Positions 60,743-64,000 of a DNA stretch of 64,000 nucleotides are shown here, in pieces. Below the pieces are notes generated by a model. The model was not told the DNA's origin and did not search any database. It saw nothing but the letters and a program-made list of their open reading frames with translations. The position numbers and the translations under genes are program-made. Position 1 is the first letter of the stretch. Each line of letters starts with the position of its first letter. This DNA comes from a virus (taxonomy: Duplodnaviria; Caudoviricetes). The stretch is taken from positions 312-64,311 of IMG/VR virus record IMGVR_UViG_3300031521_000054; one strand, given 5' to 3'.

Positions 60743-63700
60743 TATTCAGATCAAAAACAGAGAGAAGAATTTGTACATGGCTTCTCAGAATACTTTGAAA
60801 CAAATTGAAAGTATCATTGAAAAAACAGAAACACCAATTTATGTTATTGCTGGTGATCTTTTCGAATATGCTACACCAACAGAAAGTGAACGACAATTGA
60901 TTTATAATCATATCTCAAGACTTTTGAATATTGAAACTCTTAAAGAATTGGTTATAATGCTTGGAAATCATGATCTTATCAAGGATAAAAAGCAATCTGA
61001 AAATAATGTTGGATATAATTCAATTTCTGTTTTCACTGAAATGTTAAATACTCTTGATGAAAAACTTGCATCAAAACTTATTTACATTAAAAATTCAGGA
61101 ATTTATCAATCCAAAGTATGTCCTGTAATAAATTGGATTGGTTATTCTCTTGAAGATAATGGTCAACCTAATATTGAAAATATTGATACAACAAAAGTAA
61201 ACATATGTCTTTTCCATGCAATGTTGAAAGAATATGTTGATTCAGTTAAGTTACCATTAAGATCTGACTTATATCACAGTCTTATTTCGATTGAATCTTT
61301 TCCTGAAAATTGTTTAATTCTTGCTGGAGATATACACAAAAATTTAATGTTTCAAGGTTTAAATGGCCAAACATTTATTTATCCAGGTTCTCCAATGCAA
61401 CATACTTCATCTGAAGGTTTCTATTGGTCAATTGGAGAAGAATTTAAAGTAACAGCTGCTGAATTTAAATCTATCAAATCATATTCATTTGATGAAACTC
61501 TTGATAAGATCGCATTATCAGATATTCAAATGTATGATCTTCCATTAGATGATTCAGTTTGTTATCATACTCTTGAACTTGATTCAAAAATACCATGGGA
61601 AATTATTAAAGATAATCTTGAAAAAATTACTCCTGAGTTTGGTAATTCCAATACATTCATAAAAGTTAAGAGTTCAAATATTTTTGTCAAACATGAAAAA
61701 GAAATGTTTGAAATGTTACTTAACAAACAGAATGCATACGAATACAAACCAAAAATTGATTTTGAATATGATAAATTTGTTCAAACAACAAATGCATCAG
61801 ATAACAAAGTTATTCAGGAGATAATGGAACAAAAATCTTCTGAATTGGCAACAAAAACAGGAGAAATTGCAAATAAAGACCTTATTCTTGGAACTGAAAA
61901 CATAGATGATTTGATATTAAATTCAGATCAACTAAATAAATTATTTGGTTCTATTCTTGATGATCTTTTAAACGGATTAAAAAATAGTTTTGATTCAGAC
62001 ATAACCAAAGATGATATTCGCAATAGTATCACAACATTATTTGATGAACAATTAAATAATACTATTTCAAAATCATCAAAACGTTACAATATTTTACTTG
62101 AAGCTATTGAAACAAATGGTTTTATGAGTCTTGGAGCAAACAGAATAAATCTGAATATTCCAGGGAAAGTACGTATTTTGGGTACTAATGGTATTGGTAA
62201 GACAACTTTATATAACATGATTCATTGGGTTATTACCGGATTAGTTTATCCTGGAATGTCCAAAGCAAATGCTGTAAAAAATAATCTAATAGTATTCAAC
62301 AAAAAACTATTGGAAAATGATTTTGTATTTGTTAAAATGCCAATGATTATCAATGAATTATCAGTTGTCATAACTCGTGTAGCCACACGTAATTGGAAAA
62401 ACAATACAACTGATTTTCAGAAAAATTCACTAAACTGGAAAGATTTTATTTCAACAGTTGATAGACAAATTAAACTTGAAGTTACTGGTTTAGATGGAGT
62501 AACAAAAACATACACAGGAGATCAAGCTGAAAGTGCAATAGCAACTTGGTTTGGTCAAACTACTGACAATATTTTGTTTTTAAATGGGGCAAAAATCGAA
62601 AGTGTTCTTCGCCTACCTTCTGATAAATTGAACGAAATGATTTTGAATTTCATTGGCGTTGATTATTTGAAAAAATTAGAAGAAAATCTTGATGCTGTCA
62701 AATCAACATTAACAAAAGCAAAACCAAAAAGGAATAAGGAAGATATTCAGACTTCGTTGATTGATAATAAAATTTATCTTGAAAGAGCTCAAGAAGATTT
62801 GGATATGACTGAGTTTCAATTAGCCGGTTATGACATTGATGAAAAAACATCTAAATCTAATCATGACAAGATTCAATCAGAGTTATTAAGTATTGGAAAT
62901 ATTCCTGATCAATTAGAAGAAAATTTATGCGAAATTGTTAAGTTGAATAATTTTCTTTCTGTTTTTGAAATTAAAATCGTAAAAGATTTGATTCCATTTA
63001 CTGAAGTTAAACCTATCAAAGATCAAGAATTAATTGATATTACTAATAATGAAATTTTAGTATTACAGAGAGGTATTGAAGAAAAACATACAAATATTAA
63101 TAAGTTCAAAGAAACTAAAACTAATTTATTATCAGTTGATTTACAAAATCTTATCAATGAAAATAATCAATTTTACGATGAAGAAATTGAAAGACTTCAA
63201 GGAAATCATGATATGTATAATAATAGCATGAAAATTGGTTATGATAAGATTCAAAAACAAATTGATGAAATTATTCATCAACTGAAGGATAAGAAAATGT
63301 CAGCTGGTTTAATGTTGAATGAATTGAAAGTCACAAGATCAAATTTAGTTCAAAAAATATCTGCAAATAATGTTGAAATTGTTTCAGGTGTTTGTTCAAA
63401 ATGTGATAAACCATTATCTGAAACACCTGAAATTTGGGAAGTTCATAAAAATAAATTGATAATAAATAACACTGAACTTCAAGTTGAAATTACAGGAATG
63501 AAAAAATCAATTGATGAACAACAAATATTATGTGACAAAATTGATAAGTTTATTTTGGATTATGTGAGTCACAGAGATTTAGCGATAAAAAATGATTATT
63601 CTGTTTTTGATAATGGAATAAAAATAATTGAAGAGTATCGTGAAGGAATTGATTTATCTTTAAAAGCTCTTAATGTTTGGAATGATGATGTCAATATAAT

Positions 63701-64000
63701 GACTGAAAAGAAAAATCAATGGAAAAAAACTGGTCTTATTCAATATGGTGATTATTCTGTTTTAGATGCTTTTCCCAATATTCCAGATTTAGCAAGTTTT
63801 ATCACTAAATACAAAGCAATATTAGCATGTATTTCACAATTAGATATTTTCATAAAAGAAGAAAACATAGAAATATCTGAATTGAAAGAAAAAATTCAAA
63901 CAATAACAAGTACTCATAATGATTTGTTAACCAAATATCAGGATAAATTAGATATTAATATTAAGCAAAATGCTGACATTAATATATACAATATTACTGT
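60720..64000 (+). CDS. Fused Mre11/SbcD nuclease-Rad50/SbcC ATPase, truncated by the window end
   Basis: Hand translation from ATG 60720: ADIQ, GDLFE, GNHD, GDIH, YPGS, then NGFMSLG, GTNGIGKTT at 62181 and CSKC at 63393 in the same frame. Confidence 0.9.
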   Translation, partial: MQIIHSADIQIKNREKNLYMASQNTLKQIESIIEKTETPIYVIAGDLFEYATPTESERQLIYNHISRLLNIETLKELVIMLGNHDLIKDKKQSENNVGYNSISVFTEMLNTLDEKLASKLIYIKNSGIYQSKVCPVINWIGYSLEDNGQPNIENIDTTKVNICLFHAMLKEYVDSVKLPLRSDLYHSLISIESFPENCLILAGDIHKNLMFQGLNGQTFIYPGSPMQHTSSEGFYWSIGEEFKVTAAEFKSIKSYSFDETLDKIALSDIQMYDLPLDDSVCYHTLELDSKIPWEIIKDNLEKITPEFGNSNTFIKVKSSNIFVKHEKEMFEMLLNKQNAYEYKPKIDFEYDKFVQTTNASDNKVIQEIMEQKSSELATKTGEIANKDLILGTENIDDLILNSDQLNKLFGSILDDLLNGLKNSFDSDITKDDIRNSITTLFDEQLNNTISKSSKRYNILLEAIETNGFMSLGANRINLNIPGKVRILGTNGIGKTTLYNMIHWVITGLVYPGMSKANAVKNNLIVFNKKLLENDFVFVKMPMIINELSVVITRVATRNWKNNTTDFQKNSLNWKDFISTVDRQIKLEVTGLDGVTKTYTGDQAESAIATWFGQTTDNILFLNGAKIESVLRLPSDKLNEMILNFIGVDYLKKLEENLDAVKSTLTKAKPKRNKEDIQTSLIDNKIYLERAQEDLDMTEFQLAGYDIDEKTSKSNHDKIQSELLSIGNIPDQLEENLCEIVKLNNFLSVFEIKIVKDLIPFTEVKPIKDQELIDITNNEILVLQRGIEEKHTNINKFKETKTNLLSVDLQNLINENNQFYDEEIERLQGNHDMYNNSMKIGYDKIQKQIDEIIHQLKDKKMSAGLMLNELKVTRSNLVQKISANNVEIVSGVCSKCDKPLSETPEIWEVHKNKLIINNTELQVEITGMKKSIDEQQILCDKIDKFILDYVSHRDLAIKNDYSVFDNGIKIIEEYREGIDLSLKALNVWNDDVNIMTEKKNQWKKTGLIQYGDYSVLDAFPNIPDLASFITKYKAILACISQLDIFIKEENIEISELKEKIQTITSTHNDLLTKYQDKLDINIKQNADINIYNIT

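Noticed and set aside
342-61747. Minus-strand and nested alternative-frame ORFs in the track
   Set aside because: All are short, overlap longer + strand genes and look like antisense or frame shadows, including those of the collagen repeats (20010-20366, 20071-20391).
1-64000. Stop-codon reassignment as in some large phages
   Set aside because: Genes are full-length in the standard code, and TAG (12623, 13586) and TGA (2158, 34359) end genes at sensible boundaries.
1-64000. Prophage or cellular origin
   Set aside because: No integrase, att site, repressor or host housekeeping context; terL, fibres and a full replication set fit a lytic phage, though only this window is visible.

Overview
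A 64-kb, very AT-rich, gene-dense segment of a large lytic tailed phage (jumbo-phage-like, with a distantly T4-like gene set). All credible genes are on the + strand and read in the standard code. 1-14.8 kb is a tail-fibre/receptor-binding cluster (collagen, beta-helix and lectin-like domains) containing a DXD glycosyltransferase. 15-30.3 kb holds a gp32-like SSB, a UvsW helicase, a gp15-like/collagen fusion and a 3001-aa protein built from nine ~1-kb modules. 30-64 kb holds replication and packaging genes interspersed with accessory genes: clamp loader, dNMP kinase, 5'-3' exonuclease, TerL, two topoisomerase II subunits, an AEP primase-SF2 helicase fusion, a thymidylate-synthase homologue and a single-chain Mre11-Rad50. 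A Bacteroidota host is inferred from SD-less A-rich start contexts and Bacteroides-type protein families. Best leads: (1) the ThyA homologue carries Asp at the E. coli Asn177 specificity position and Val at His147, predicting a natural dCMP methylase and 5-methylcytosine-substituted DNA; (2) a fixed-spacing motif CAATCCAT-N14-nnGRATAT precedes eight mostly replication-related operons; (3) an 81-bp direct repeat with a long, potentially bistable hairpin lies just upstream of terL. All family calls are by eye from motifs; no searches were run.
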